NCBI GenBank assembly: GCA_964620965.1
Contig: CAZUHV010000001.1
Coordinates: 213,839-277,838 of the forward strand
DNA: 64,000 nucleotides
From: an uncultured Pseudomonadales bacterium
GTDB lineage: Bacteria > Patescibacteriota > Microgenomatia > UBA1400 > PJMF01
Reading direction: 5' to 3'
The position numbers and the translations under genes are program-made. Each line of letters begins with the position of its first letter. Position 1 is the first letter of the stretch. This document shows, in pieces, positions 10,142 to 19,144 of this stretch. The notes below the pieces were generated by a model. It saw nothing but the letters and a program-made list of their open reading frames with translations, made no database searches and was not told where the DNA came from.

Positions 10142-11404
10142 ATGATACAGACCATGCAAAAAATTAAATTGGTATTCTTATTTTTTGTCATCTCTTTCCT
10201 CTTTCAGAGTTCATCTGTGTATGCAGCAGAAAATTGTGAAGAAAAACATAAATGTGAAAGTGGGAGCGATACATTTGAACAATGCCTTAAAGATAAAATC
10301 AACTGTTTAGAAAATAATTTAAGCGAAACTAAAGAGAAAAAAACAACATTAGAAAATGCAATCAGTATCATTAATGGAAATATTAATATACAACAGGTAA
10401 AAATTTCACAGACAAAAAACGAAATCTCTCAGCTTGAAACTGAAATAACAGAACTAGATAACAGAATTTCAGGATTAAGCATTTCATTAGATAGACTCTC
10501 AACACTTTTAGTAGAACGTATCAGAACTCAATATAAACGCGAACAAGTTAATCCTTTAAGCTTTGTTGCATCTTCAAAATCTTTAGCAAATTTTGTTTCA
10601 CAATTTAGGTATCTTCGCTTAGCTGGGCAACAAACAGCTCAAGCAATGCAAAAAGCAGACAGTCAAAAAGCGATTTATGACACTCAAAAGGAACTTAAAG
10701 AGCTAAAACAAGCAGAAGTCGAAACAAAACGATTTGAACTTCAAAGTGAGCAAAACGTACTTGTTGGACAAAGACAAGAACAGCAAAATTTACTCAGTGT
10801 TACAAAAAATGATGAAGAAAAATTTCAGCAACTACTTAAAGAAGCTCAAGAACAAATAGATGCTATTAGAAGATACACAACAAGTAAAGGTGGAGCTTCT
10901 ATACTTTCTGGGCTAACTAAATGTGATGATTGGGGTTGTTACTATAATCAAAGAGATAGCCAATGGGGTAATCAACTTATAGGAAAAAGTAATGAAACAA
11001 TGGCCGAAGTTGGTTGTTTAATTACCTCTGTTGCTATGATCACTTCACATTATGGAAAAACACTCACCCCTGCACAAATTGCTGCTAGCTCAAATCCATT
11101 TTTTTATAATACTGCAGACATGCTCTGGACTTGGTCTGGACCAGTAAATGGAGTTACTGCAACAAGATCAAGGATTGGTTATAACTCTTCTGCACTAGAT
11201 GGAGAGCTTAATTCTGGTAAACCAGTAATTGTAAGAATTTCTGCTGCTAATAGTGTTGGAACCCATTTTGTTGTTATCACTAAAAAAGTAGATGGTAAAT
11301 ACATTATGAAAGATCCATATGAGGCCGATGGAAATGATATCCCTTTTACCGATAAACACTCGCTATCTCAAATTACAGCTGTTGATAGAGTTACAGTTTA
11401 TTAA
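10142..11404 (+). CDS. secreted coiled-coil protein with C-terminal C39-like cysteine peptidase domain; PcsB/EnvC-like partner of FtsEX
   Basis: Signal peptide, about 200 aa of heptad-rich coiled coil. C-terminal domain has Cys (AEVGCLITSVAM) and His (GTHFVVITKK) spaced like Peptidase_C39-like folds. It sits directly after ftsEX. Confidence 0.55.
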   Translation: MIQTMQKIKLVFLFFVISFLFQSSSVYAAENCEEKHKCESGSDTFEQCLKDKINCLENNLSETKEKKTTLENAISIINGNINIQQVKISQTKNEISQLETEITELDNRISGLSISLDRLSTLLVERIRTQYKREQVNPLSFVASSKSLANFVSQFRYLRLAGQQTAQAMQKADSQKAIYDTQKELKELKQAEVETKRFELQSEQNVLVGQRQEQQNLLSVTKNDEEKFQQLLKEAQEQIDAIRRYTTSKGGASILSGLTKCDDWGCYYNQRDSQWGNQLIGKSNETMAEVGCLITSVAMITSHYGKTLTPAQIAASSNPFFYNTADMLWTWSGPVNGVTATRSRIGYNSSALDGELNSGKPVIVRISAANSVGTHFVVITKKVDGKYIMKDPYEADGNDIPFTDKHSLSQITAVDRVTVY

Positions 11405-11444
11405 CTATTTTTTATTCACACTGGAGTTACAGTTATTGTAAGAA

Positions 11445-12194
11445 TTGGTACTTACAATAATAACTGTGAAAATACTTATTTTTACAGCTATCCTATTTTT
11501 CTTGTTTGCTACTCCTGCCCATGCTCAAGTAGTAATCTCTGAAGTATATCCTGCCCCTACTTCAGAAGAAAAAGAATGGATTAAAGTTCTCAATACAGGT
11601 TCTGAAACTGTGGATATTTCTGGTTGGAAGCTATTTGAACATTTTTCTAGCAAAAATGAACTAACTACAATTACAGATGTTATTTTAGAAAGTGGTGAAA
11701 TATACACATACACACTAGAAAGTAACAAACTCAATAATTCAGAAGAAAAAGTTACACTAGAAAATCTAGAACATGAAGAAATAAGCTCTGTGCACTATAC
11801 CAATGCAGAATCTCAAAAAAGTATAACATTTTTTTCTGAAAATACGCTAAATGAGGATACAAATATAGAACCAACAGCGATCCCAACTCTCGTTCCTACT
11901 ACAAAAAAAAGCTCAAATCCTAGTAATCAACAACATGAAACTCAAGTTGAAAATACTCAAGAAGGAGAAACTCATGTTGAACAAACTATCCCAAAAATAA
12001 ACAAAGAATTGGAACTGCATAAAAAAGTTGTGTCTCTATTAAAACTCCCTAGTATAGAAAAAATTGAAAAAGAAAACCTAGAAAAAGTATTACCAAAATT
12101 TTCCTATATTGTTCAAAATAAAGTATCAAAAACAGGAGTAATAAGTGCTATAATTGGTGGATTACTAGTACTAACTACAGGGATATTACTTTGA
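11445..12194 (+). CDS. lamin-tail-domain (LTD) protein with signal peptide and C-terminal TM anchor
   Basis: VVISEVYPAPTSEEKEWIKVLNTGSETVDISGWKL matches the LTD core. Hydrophobic C-terminus. Confidence 0.5.
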   Translation: MVLTIITVKILIFTAILFFLFATPAHAQVVISEVYPAPTSEEKEWIKVLNTGSETVDISGWKLFEHFSSKNELTTITDVILESGEIYTYTLESNKLNNSEEKVTLENLEHEEISSVHYTNAESQKSITFFSENTLNEDTNIEPTAIPTLVPTTKKSSNPSNQQHETQVENTQEGETHVEQTIPKINKELELHKKVVSLLKLPSIEKIEKENLEKVLPKFSYIVQNKVSKTGVISAIIGGLLVLTTGILL

Positions 12195-12583
12195 GTATTT
12201 TTAGAAAAAACATCACTTTCAAGGAAATTTGTATCGCCTATCTTCCTTCAGTTTTGTGGGCTACACTTATCTTTACCTTCTCTTCACAAACAACCCTTCC
12301 TGGATTTGAAGAATCTGCGTATGATTTTATCTTGAAAAAGACGGCACATATAGCTGTGTACTTAATTTTATATCTTTTAGTTTTTCGATCCGTGACACTA
12401 ACATCTGATGAAAAAAACAAAAAACTGCTCTTATGGCTCCCAGTTACTGTCTGCCTACTCTATGCAATAACAGATGAATTTCACCAATCTCTTGTTCCTG
12501 GTAGATACTCAACCATCAGAGATATTGGGTATGATATGCTCGGGGTGAGCATTGCATTTTTAAAGAAATTTGGCTATATATAG
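12191..12583 (+). CDS. VanZ-like membrane protein
   Basis: About 130 aa, 3-4 TM helices, motif TDEFHQSLVPGRYSTIRDIGYD typical of VanZ family. Confidence 0.55.
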   Translation: MSIFRKNITFKEICIAYLPSVLWATLIFTFSSQTTLPGFEESAYDFILKKTAHIAVYLILYLLVFRSVTLTSDEKNKKLLLWLPVTVCLLYAITDEFHQSLVPGRYSTIRDIGYDMLGVSIAFLKKFGYI

Positions 12584-12618
12584 GCATATTAATTATATTT
12601 CAGGTTTTAAAATGAAGC

Positions 12619-12646
12619 TTGACAGCATTAAAAAAAAGTTGATAAT
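12619..12646 (+). promoter_or_regulatory. sigma70-like promoter upstream of the HU gene (TTGACA, 16 nt spacer, GATAAT)
   Basis: Consensus -35 and near-consensus -10 read directly from sequence. Confidence 0.4.
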
Positions 12647-12733
12647 AGTTCATCTACGGGAATAATTTTAATTGATACGTTTATAAAATATTATTAAGTA
12701 GTGCTATAAAAAATCCTTAGAAAGGCTATCCAA

Positions 12734-13009
12734 ATGACTAAATCTCAATTGATTGCAGTTGTTGCTAAAAAAGCACACCTCACAAAAAAAGCTTCTAACG
12801 ATGCTGTTGAAAGCATGTTTGAAGAAATGATTAGAGCACTCAAAAAAGGTGAAAAAGTTGTCATCTCTGGCTTTGGTACATTTTATGTAAGCAAAGTTGG
12901 TGACAAGCAAGTCGTCCCTTTTGGTGACGAAGCAAAACGCCAAACCATTAAAGGTCACAAGGTTGTCAACTTCAGAGTTGGTAAACCTCTTAAAAAAGAA
13001 GTTTGGTAA
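12734..13009 (+). CDS. hup: HU-family DNA-binding protein
   Basis: MTKSQLIAVVAKK...GFGTFYVSK...GHKVVNFRVGKPLK is a classic HU/IHF-fold sequence of 91 aa. Confidence 0.85.
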   Translation: MTKSQLIAVVAKKAHLTKKASNDAVESMFEEMIRALKKGEKVVISGFGTFYVSKVGDKQVVPFGDEAKRQTIKGHKVVNFRVGKPLKKEVW

Positions 13010-13025
13010 ACACACTTTTACATTA

Positions 13026-13066
13026 AAAACCTCAGCGTGTGAAAACATACTGAGGTTTTTTAGTTT
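13026..13066 (+). terminator. intrinsic terminator after hup
   Basis: Stem CCTCAG/CTGAGG followed by TTTTTTAGTTTTTT. Confidence 0.6.
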
Positions 13067-13120
13067 TTTATTTAAAATAATTCGACAAAAAATTCCTATT
13101 CAAGATGTTAAAATGAATGG

Positions 13121-13921
13121 GTGTTAAAAAAATATTACTCAATTTTTCGTTACATGTTCGTGAGAACACTGCAATTTAGAGCAGAGGTTGTGGTATATAG
13201 TTTTTTAGATGTTCTACCATACTTCGTACTCTTTTTTGTTTGGAAAGCAATATTTAACCAGGTTGACACCGTTAATAGCTTCACACTTCCAGAAATCATT
13301 AACTACTATCTACTTGTCATAGTTATTGAAAGACTGAGTGCAACACACTTTGAAACTTGGCGCAGTGAAGAAATTCGAATGGGAAAAATTGACTACTTTC
13401 TTACAAGACCTTTTTCATACCTCAGTGAAATCTACTCAAAAGAGCTCAGTTCCAAAATCATCAGTATTTTATTTTCTATCCCAATTGTTTCACTTTTTTT
13501 TGTTGCAAATATATATATCTATCAAATAGACCAATCATACGTTACCATTCCAAACTTACTACTCTTTTTGGTGCTAATGATATTGGCACACACTATCCAA
13601 TTTTTTATTGCACTATGGATTGTTTTGCTCACGTTCTGGATGGAAGGATCAAGTGGCTTAGAACATTTTAAGTGGATTACCCTTACCCTCTTTAGTGGAG
13701 CAATGATTCCAATACAGTTTATGCCAGATTGGCTTAAGTCACTCACAAATCTGCTCCCATTCAAATATGTCTTTGCAGTCCCTATACAAATTCTACAAAA
13801 CAGCTACACTCTCAATACTACAGATTATTTATATATATCCTCACTCCTAGTAGGTATGTTCATTTTTACAAAGATTTTATGGAATAGAGCAAAATTAAAG
13901 TATTGCTCTTCTGGTGGATAA
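13121..13921 (+). CDS. ABC-2 family transporter permease (paralog 1 of 4)
   Basis: About 6 TM helices, C-terminal KYCSSGG tail shared by all four paralogs. GTG start. Confidence 0.6.
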   Translation: MLKKYYSIFRYMFVRTLQFRAEVVVYSFLDVLPYFVLFFVWKAIFNQVDTVNSFTLPEIINYYLLVIVIERLSATHFETWRSEEIRMGKIDYFLTRPFSYLSEIYSKELSSKIISILFSIPIVSLFFVANIYIYQIDQSYVTIPNLLLFLVLMILAHTIQFFIALWIVLLTFWMEGSSGLEHFKWITLTLFSGAMIPIQFMPDWLKSLTNLLPFKYVFAVPIQILQNSYTLNTTDYLYISSLLVGMFIFTKILWNRAKLKYCSSGG

Positions 13922-14712
13922 CTATGAAAAAATATTGGCAATTATTCTTAGCTTTTAGAAAAATTCAATTCATGAAAATGCTTGAATACAGAAGCGATTT
14001 TTGGTTCTGGATGTTTGTTTCCTTAATGTGGACTGGCTTTAATTATTTCTACTTTGGACTAGTTTTTTCACAAGGAAAAGGAATAGAGGGTTGGAACTAT
14101 GATCAAATTCTTTTGCTCATCTCGTTTTACACAATGATTGACGCCTTTACTTGGTCTGTTTTTTGGCCCAATATGAGTGAGTTTACAAAAGAAGTCTTTG
14201 ACGGTGAGATGAGTAAATATCTAGTTAAACCAGTGAATACTGTTTACCTTGTATTAACTCAACGTGCCACATACCATAATCTTCCAAGATTTTTTGTAGG
14301 CTTTTTTGTGCTCATTCATACTATTCAAAAACTCCAACTAACTTTGACACTGCCACAAATACTCTTAGCAATTACATTATTCTGTTTTGGAATTCTACTT
14401 ATCTATAGCTGTTGGTTCATGCTCGCAACACTCTCTTTTTGGGTTGAAAGACTAACCAACATAAATGAAATAATGCCACAGTTTAGGTCTGTATACCAAG
14501 TACCAGCAAAGGTATTCACAGGAATACCAGGATTTATTTTTAGTTTTATTCTCCCACTTGGCCTAGTAACCACAGTACCAAGTGAAATACTACTTGGAAA
14601 AAATAATCTCTTTCTCGCCCTCTATCTGATAATATTAAGTATTATTTTCTTTGCAATCGCAGTAAAATTTTTTAATATTTCAATAAAAAAATATTCAAGT
14701 GTAGGAGGTTAA
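13903..14712 (+). CDS. ABC-2 family transporter permease (paralog 2 of 4)
   Basis: 6 TM helices, C-terminal KKYSSVGG. Overlaps the previous gene by 19 nt. Confidence 0.6.
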   Translation: MLFWWITMKKYWQLFLAFRKIQFMKMLEYRSDFWFWMFVSLMWTGFNYFYFGLVFSQGKGIEGWNYDQILLLISFYTMIDAFTWSVFWPNMSEFTKEVFDGEMSKYLVKPVNTVYLVLTQRATYHNLPRFFVGFFVLIHTIQKLQLTLTLPQILLAITLFCFGILLIYSCWFMLATLSFWVERLTNINEIMPQFRSVYQVPAKVFTGIPGFIFSFILPLGLVTTVPSEILLGKNNLFLALYLIILSIIFFAIAVKFFNISIKKYSSVGG

Positions 14713-14731
14713 TCTAAGGTAAAATATATAT

Positions 14732-15718
14732 ATGAGTACTAAAAACATAATATCAGTTAAAAATTTATCAAAACACTTCCAAGTGTATAAAAAAGAGCCA
14801 GGTCTAATGGGATCATTTAAATCTCTCTTTGTACGAAACTATGAAACTGTAAAAGCAGTTAATGATGTTTCATTCGATATCGCAGAAGGTGAAATTATCG
14901 GATTTATTGGACAAAATGGTGCTGGAAAAACAACAACACTCAAAATGCTTTCAGGGCTTTTATATCCAAGCACTGGAGAAGTTTCTGTTTTAGGATTCAA
15001 TCCTTGGGATAGAAAACCAGAATTTCAAAAACAATTCGCTTTAATCATGGGTCAAAAAAATCAACTGTGGTGGGATCTCCCAGCAATCGAGTCATTTTTG
15101 CTGAATAAAGCAATTTATGAAATTCCAGACAAGCAATTTGATGAAACCCTAGAAAAATTAAGTACACTCCTTGAAGTTAAAGACGTTTTGCAGATTCAAG
15201 TTAGAAAACTATCTCTAGGACAAAGAATGAAGTGTGAACTTATTGCTGCACTCCTTCATAATCCAAAAGTGTTATTCCTTGATGAGCCAACTATTGGACT
15301 AGATGTTGTTATGCAAAAAACACTTCGTGATTTTATCAAAGAATACAACAAACAGTTTGGAGCAACAATAATTCTGACAAGTCACTACATGGATGATGTC
15401 AAAGAGCTCTGTGAAAGAGTTATTATTATTGATCACGGAACTAAGGTCTATGATGGAAACCTGAATAAAATTATAGAAAAATACGCCAGAAACAAAATTC
15501 TCTCTCTAAACTTCACAGAAAATATTACGGAAAAAGAACTACAAACGTATGGTCAAATTAAATCATTTGATGATACTCAAGCAACACTATTAGTACAAAG
15601 AAGTGAAGCAACAAAAATAGCAGCAAAATTACTGAATAAATATAAAATTAACGACCTTAATATTGAGGAAGTTCCAATTGAAGCAATTATCAGAGAGATT
15701 TTTTCTTCAAAAAAATAA
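14732..15718 (+). CDS. ABC transporter ATP-binding protein (uncharacterised ABC-2 type, COG4586-like)
   Basis: Walker A GQNGAGKTT, LSLGQRMKCEL signature, Walker B LFLDEPTIGLD, H-loop TSHYM. Confidence 0.85.
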   Translation: MSTKNIISVKNLSKHFQVYKKEPGLMGSFKSLFVRNYETVKAVNDVSFDIAEGEIIGFIGQNGAGKTTTLKMLSGLLYPSTGEVSVLGFNPWDRKPEFQKQFALIMGQKNQLWWDLPAIESFLLNKAIYEIPDKQFDETLEKLSTLLEVKDVLQIQVRKLSLGQRMKCELIAALLHNPKVLFLDEPTIGLDVVMQKTLRDFIKEYNKQFGATIILTSHYMDDVKELCERVIIIDHGTKVYDGNLNKIIEKYARNKILSLNFTENITEKELQTYGQIKSFDDTQATLLVQRSEATKIAAKLLNKYKINDLNIEEVPIEAIIREIFSSKK

Positions 15719-15721
15719 AAA

Positions 15722-16516
15722 ATGTTTAAAAAATACATTTCTTTATTACAATTAACCTGGCAAAACGGGTTAGTCTACAGAACAAGTGTCATTATGTGGA
15801 GGCTCAGGCAATTCTTGGGAACTCTAATGTCACTCACTGTTTGGGTTGTGATTTTTCAAAGTAATCCTCAAGCTTTTAACTATACAAAAGACAGCATGAT
15901 TACCTATATATTTTTAGTTTCGTTCCTACAAAGTGTCATTATTGCATCAGCACTTAATGACCTAGCAAATAGGGTTTATTCTGGGGAAATTAGTAATCAT
16001 TTACTCAAACCTATCAATATTTTTGGTTACTTTGCTATTGAAGAAATTGCGGATAAAGCAAAAAATATACTCTTCCTTTTGCTTGAAATTATTATCTTAT
16101 ATTTCATCTTCAAGCCAACTATTGTGCTACCAGAAATTGCAACATTTTTTCTTTTCATCATTTGGTCATTCTTAGGGCTCATGCTTAACTTTATTATTTC
16201 TTTGCTCTTTGGAGCATTTGGCTTCTGGAGCCCAGATACATGGGGACCACGATTTCTTTTTTTTATGATCCTCAACTTTACTGCAGGCAAACTCTTTCCT
16301 TTAGATATTCTGCCAGAAATCGTACAAAAAATTCTCTATGCCACTCCATTTCCATATCTTTCATTTGTGCAAATTCAACTCTTTTTGGGAAGATTCAGCC
16401 ACTCTGAAATTCTGCAACACGGTTTTACATTATTCTTTTGGGTGGTGATTCTTGGAGCAATCGCATCAAAACTATGGAAAAAAGGACTAAAAAGTTATGA
16501 ATCTGCAGGTCGCTAA
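15722..16516 (+). CDS. ABC-2 family transporter permease (paralog 3 of 4)
   Basis: 6 TM helices, C-terminal KSYESAGR. Confidence 0.6.
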   Translation: MFKKYISLLQLTWQNGLVYRTSVIMWRLRQFLGTLMSLTVWVVIFQSNPQAFNYTKDSMITYIFLVSFLQSVIIASALNDLANRVYSGEISNHLLKPINIFGYFAIEEIADKAKNILFLLLEIIILYFIFKPTIVLPEIATFFLFIIWSFLGLMLNFIISLLFGAFGFWSPDTWGPRFLFFMILNFTAGKLFPLDILPEIVQKILYATPFPYLSFVQIQLFLGRFSHSEILQHGFTLFFWVVILGAIASKLWKKGLKSYESAGR

Positions 16517-16529
16517 TACATAATTCAGT

Positions 16530-17357
16530 GTGTTGGCAGCCATCATGAAAAAAATATATATGAAAAATAAAATCAGTACATATCTGAAAGTCTGGAGTAT
16601 TTTTGGAAAAAATGCCTGGCAAGAAACGTTTGTAAATCGAGCTTCAAATGTACTTTTTATGCTTGGAAAAATCATAAGGCTGGTCATGTCGTTGTTATTT
16701 TTGTTTTTAATTAGACAAAATGTAACAACTTTTGCGGGATATACCAGTGACCAAATGGTTGTCTTCTTTCTAACCTACCAAATCATTGATATTGTTACAC
16801 AAGTTGTTTTTAGAGGAGTATATATATTCAGCAACCTAGTTCGAAGTGGTGAATTTGACTTCTTGCTAACCAAACCTATCAATCCACTTTTTAGAGCTTT
16901 AACTGGGAAACCAGATATCAATGATTTTTTATTCTTGTTCCCAAATCTACTACTTTTTGGATACATCATAAGTATTCTAGATGTAACAGTTACAGTTTCC
17001 TCTATCATCTTATACATCGCCCTCTTTCTCAATGCATTCTTAATCGCTACAGCTCTTCATATTCTCGTTTTGGTAGTTGGAATCCTTACCACAGAAGTTG
17101 ATGGGGTAATTTGGATATATCGTGATTTAAGCCATATGGGGCGCTTCCCCGTAGCAATCTACATGGAACCACTTCGTTTTATTCTCTTTTTTCTGATCCC
17201 AATTGGAATGATGATCACTATTCCAACAGAAGCCTTACTTGGAATCCAGCCAACATATAGCATTATAGTTGCATTTTTAGTTGGAATTGGAAGTTTATTA
17301 GTTAGCCTAAAAGCCTGGAATTGGGCTTTAACTAAATACTCAAGCACGGGGAGTTAA
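16530..17357 (+). CDS. ABC-2 family transporter permease (paralog 4 of 4)
   Basis: 6 TM helices, C-terminal TKYSSTGS. Confidence 0.6.
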   Translation: MLAAIMKKIYMKNKISTYLKVWSIFGKNAWQETFVNRASNVLFMLGKIIRLVMSLLFLFLIRQNVTTFAGYTSDQMVVFFLTYQIIDIVTQVVFRGVYIFSNLVRSGEFDFLLTKPINPLFRALTGKPDINDFLFLFPNLLLFGYIISILDVTVTVSSIILYIALFLNAFLIATALHILVLVVGILTTEVDGVIWIYRDLSHMGRFPVAIYMEPLRFILFFLIPIGMMITIPTEALLGIQPTYSIIVAFLVGIGSLLVSLKAWNWALTKYSSTGS

Positions 17358-17372
17358 AGCTCATTTATCTTC

Positions 17373-17402
17373 AAAAAACCCCCATTTTTTTGGGGGTTTT
17401 TC
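17373..17402. terminator. bidirectional intrinsic terminator between the ABC operon and the rpsI operon end
   Basis: AAAAAACCCCC-ATTTTTTT-GGGGGTTTTT is a perfect GC stem with U-runs on both strands. Confidence 0.65.
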
Positions 17403-17407
17403 ATTTC

Positions 17408-17587
17408 TTATTTAAGAGGAACTCGTTTATCTTTTCTTTTTTTAATCTTTTGCTTCATTATTCCTAGCCATATATCCTGGTTTCTATTTCTAGAGGAAAT
17501 AACTAGTTGTGCATAAAATTGAGTCACCGCTTCTTGAAGCTGGTGTAATTCAGTTTTAAGAGCTTCTGGATTGTATTTTTTATTCAT
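17408..17587 (-). CDS. small ORF (59 aa) downstream of rpsI, unknown function
   Basis: Hand-translated ATG..TAA ORF (MNKKYNPEALKTELHQLQEAV...KKRKDKRVPLK). It sits between rpsI and the terminator, and is below the ORF-track size cutoff. Confidence 0.3.
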   Translation of the reverse strand: MNKKYNPEALKTELHQLQEAVTQFYAQLVISSRNRNQDIWLGIMKQKIKKRKDKRVPLK

Positions 17588-17617
17588 ACAACTCCAATCT
17601 AAAACAAATCCAAAAGT

Positions 17618-18130
17618 TTAACGTTTTGGAGATTGTCTCTTTCTTCTTGCTTTTCCACCAGTTCCAATTTTTCTGGTTTCTTTCATTCTGTCGTCGCGAG
17701 TTAATAAACCTGCTGGTTTTAACAATGCTCTAAAAGATGGATCGTATTTAACCAATGCTCTAGCAATACCATGAATCATAGCTTCTAATTGAGAAGCTGC
17801 ACCAGAGCCTTCAATTTTAGCACTAACACTAAATTTACCTTTAGTTCCAGTTAATTCAAATGGAACGTTGTATCTAGAAGCAACGTTTGGAATTGTATTA
17901 AAGTATTGTCCAACAACTTTATCATTAACGACAAAATCACCATCAGATTCATATAATCTAACACGTGCAGTAGCAACTTTTCTTCTGCCTAATGCTTCGA
18001 CGTATTTACCTGTTGGTAAGGTTACTGGACCAGCTACAACAGCTGCTCTTGGAGCAACTTTTTTAACTTTTGTGGTTTTCTTAACAACTTTTTGAGCAGT
18101 TGTTTTCTTTTTAGATAGTTTTAATGCCAT
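17618..18130 (-). CDS. rpsI: 30S ribosomal protein S9 with Lys-rich N-terminal extension
   Basis: C-terminal GGKARRKRQSPKR and core GRRKVATARVRL. Confidence 0.9.
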   Translation of the reverse strand: MALKLSKKKTTAQKVVKKTTKVKKVAPRAAVVAGPVTLPTGKYVEALGRRKVATARVRLYESDGDFVVNDKVVGQYFNTIPNVASRYNVPFELTGTKGKFSVSAKIEGSGAASQLEAMIHGIARALVKYDPSFRALLKPAGLLTRDDRMKETRKIGTGGKARRKRQSPKR

Positions 18131-18131
18131 A

Positions 18132-18557
18132 TTATTTACTTGCTCCTAATTGACTAGTGTGTTTGTGTTCACTTCCAGCATACACTTTAAGACGGGTCAT
18201 TCTTTGGTCTTGAAGTTTATTTTTTGGAAGCATGTTTTTAACAGCCTGTTCAATAATTCTTTCTGGGAACAAAACTCTTTGTTTTGCTAAGTTCTTGCTC
18301 TTCAAACCTCCTGGAAAGTTTGAATGAGTGTAGTACATTTTGTCTTGTTCTTTGTTTCCGGTTACTGCAACTTCTCTTGCATTGATCACAACAACGTAAT
18401 CACCACCATCAATATGTGGAGTGTATTCTTTTTTGTTCTTACCAACAAGCTTTCTTGCGATATCGGTTGCGAGTCTACCAAGAACTTTTCCTTTAGCATC
18501 AACAAGATGCCATTCTCTTGTAACCTCGCTGGTTTTTTGTGTATATGTCTTTTGCAT
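18132..18557 (-). CDS. rplM: 50S ribosomal protein L13
   Basis: [31 protein letters not shown]. Confidence 0.9.
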   Translation of the reverse strand: MQKTYTQKTSEVTREWHLVDAKGKVLGRLATDIARKLVGKNKKEYTPHIDGGDYVVVINAREVAVTGNKEQDKMYYTHSNFPGGLKSKNLAKQRVLFPERIIEQAVKNMLPKNKLQDQRMTRLKVYAGSEHKHTSQLGASK

Positions 18558-18559
18558 GC

Positions 18560-19117
18560 TTATTTAGATTCCTTCTTTACTGCACTTGAGCGGACAGTTT
18601 TTGCTCTTGCAGCTTTAGTTGCAACCATATCTTTGGTTACAGGAGCTTTAACTGAAGCATTTTTCTTAACTGTTTCTTTTTTAACAGCTTTTGCTGGAGC
18701 TTTCTTCACAGCTTTTACTTCTTTTTTAGCTTCTGTATTCTTGAGTGTTCCAACTGTTTCTGGTTTAACAACCAAAGTTACTTCTGCCATTTTGGTGTTG
18801 TCACCTCTTCTGACGCCAACTTTAGTTATACGTGTAAAACCAGATACTCTGTCTGTAAACTCTGGAGCTATTCTGTCTACTAATGTATTAACGACGTCTC
18901 TTGTACCAAAGAATCTGTGAAGAGTTCTTCTTGTTTCAAGAGTACCATCTTTAGCTTTACCAATAAGCTTGTCAGCAATTCTTTTCACTTCTTTAGCTTT
19001 TGCTTCTGTTGTAACAATTGTGCCTGTTTCAACTAAAGATCTTACTAAAGTTTTGAAAAGTGCTTTTCTGCTCTTAGTATCTCTATTAAATTTTTTAATT
19101 TTACTTCTGTGTCTCAT
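18560..19117 (-). CDS. rplQ: 50S ribosomal protein L17 with Lys/Ala-rich C-terminal extension
   Basis: [37 protein letters not shown]. Confidence 0.9.
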   Translation of the reverse strand: MRHRSKIKKFNRDTKSRKALFKTLVRSLVETGTIVTTEAKAKEVKRIADKLIGKAKDGTLETRRTLHRFFGTRDVVNTLVDRIAPEFTDRVSGFTRITKVGVRRGDNTKMAEVTLVVKPETVGTLKNTEAKKEVKAVKKAPAKAVKKETVKKNASVKAPVTKDMVATKAARAKTVRSSAVKKESK

Positions 19118-19144
19118 GATAGCAATCTACGTATCTTAAGATGA

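Noticed and set aside
12584-12733. Intergenic gaps scanned for tRNA genes
   Set aside because: No cloverleaf-compatible sequences or T-loop GTTCRANYC motifs were seen. I scanned the listed gaps of about 80-520 nt (12584-12733, 17358-17617, 21762-21836, 34437-34680, 46438-46623, 54609-55127, 58725-58887). They contain promoters and hairpins instead.
18324-18920. 198-aa plus-strand ORF
   Set aside because: Antisense to rplM/rplQ; an artefact of Lys-codon-rich coding on the opposite strand.
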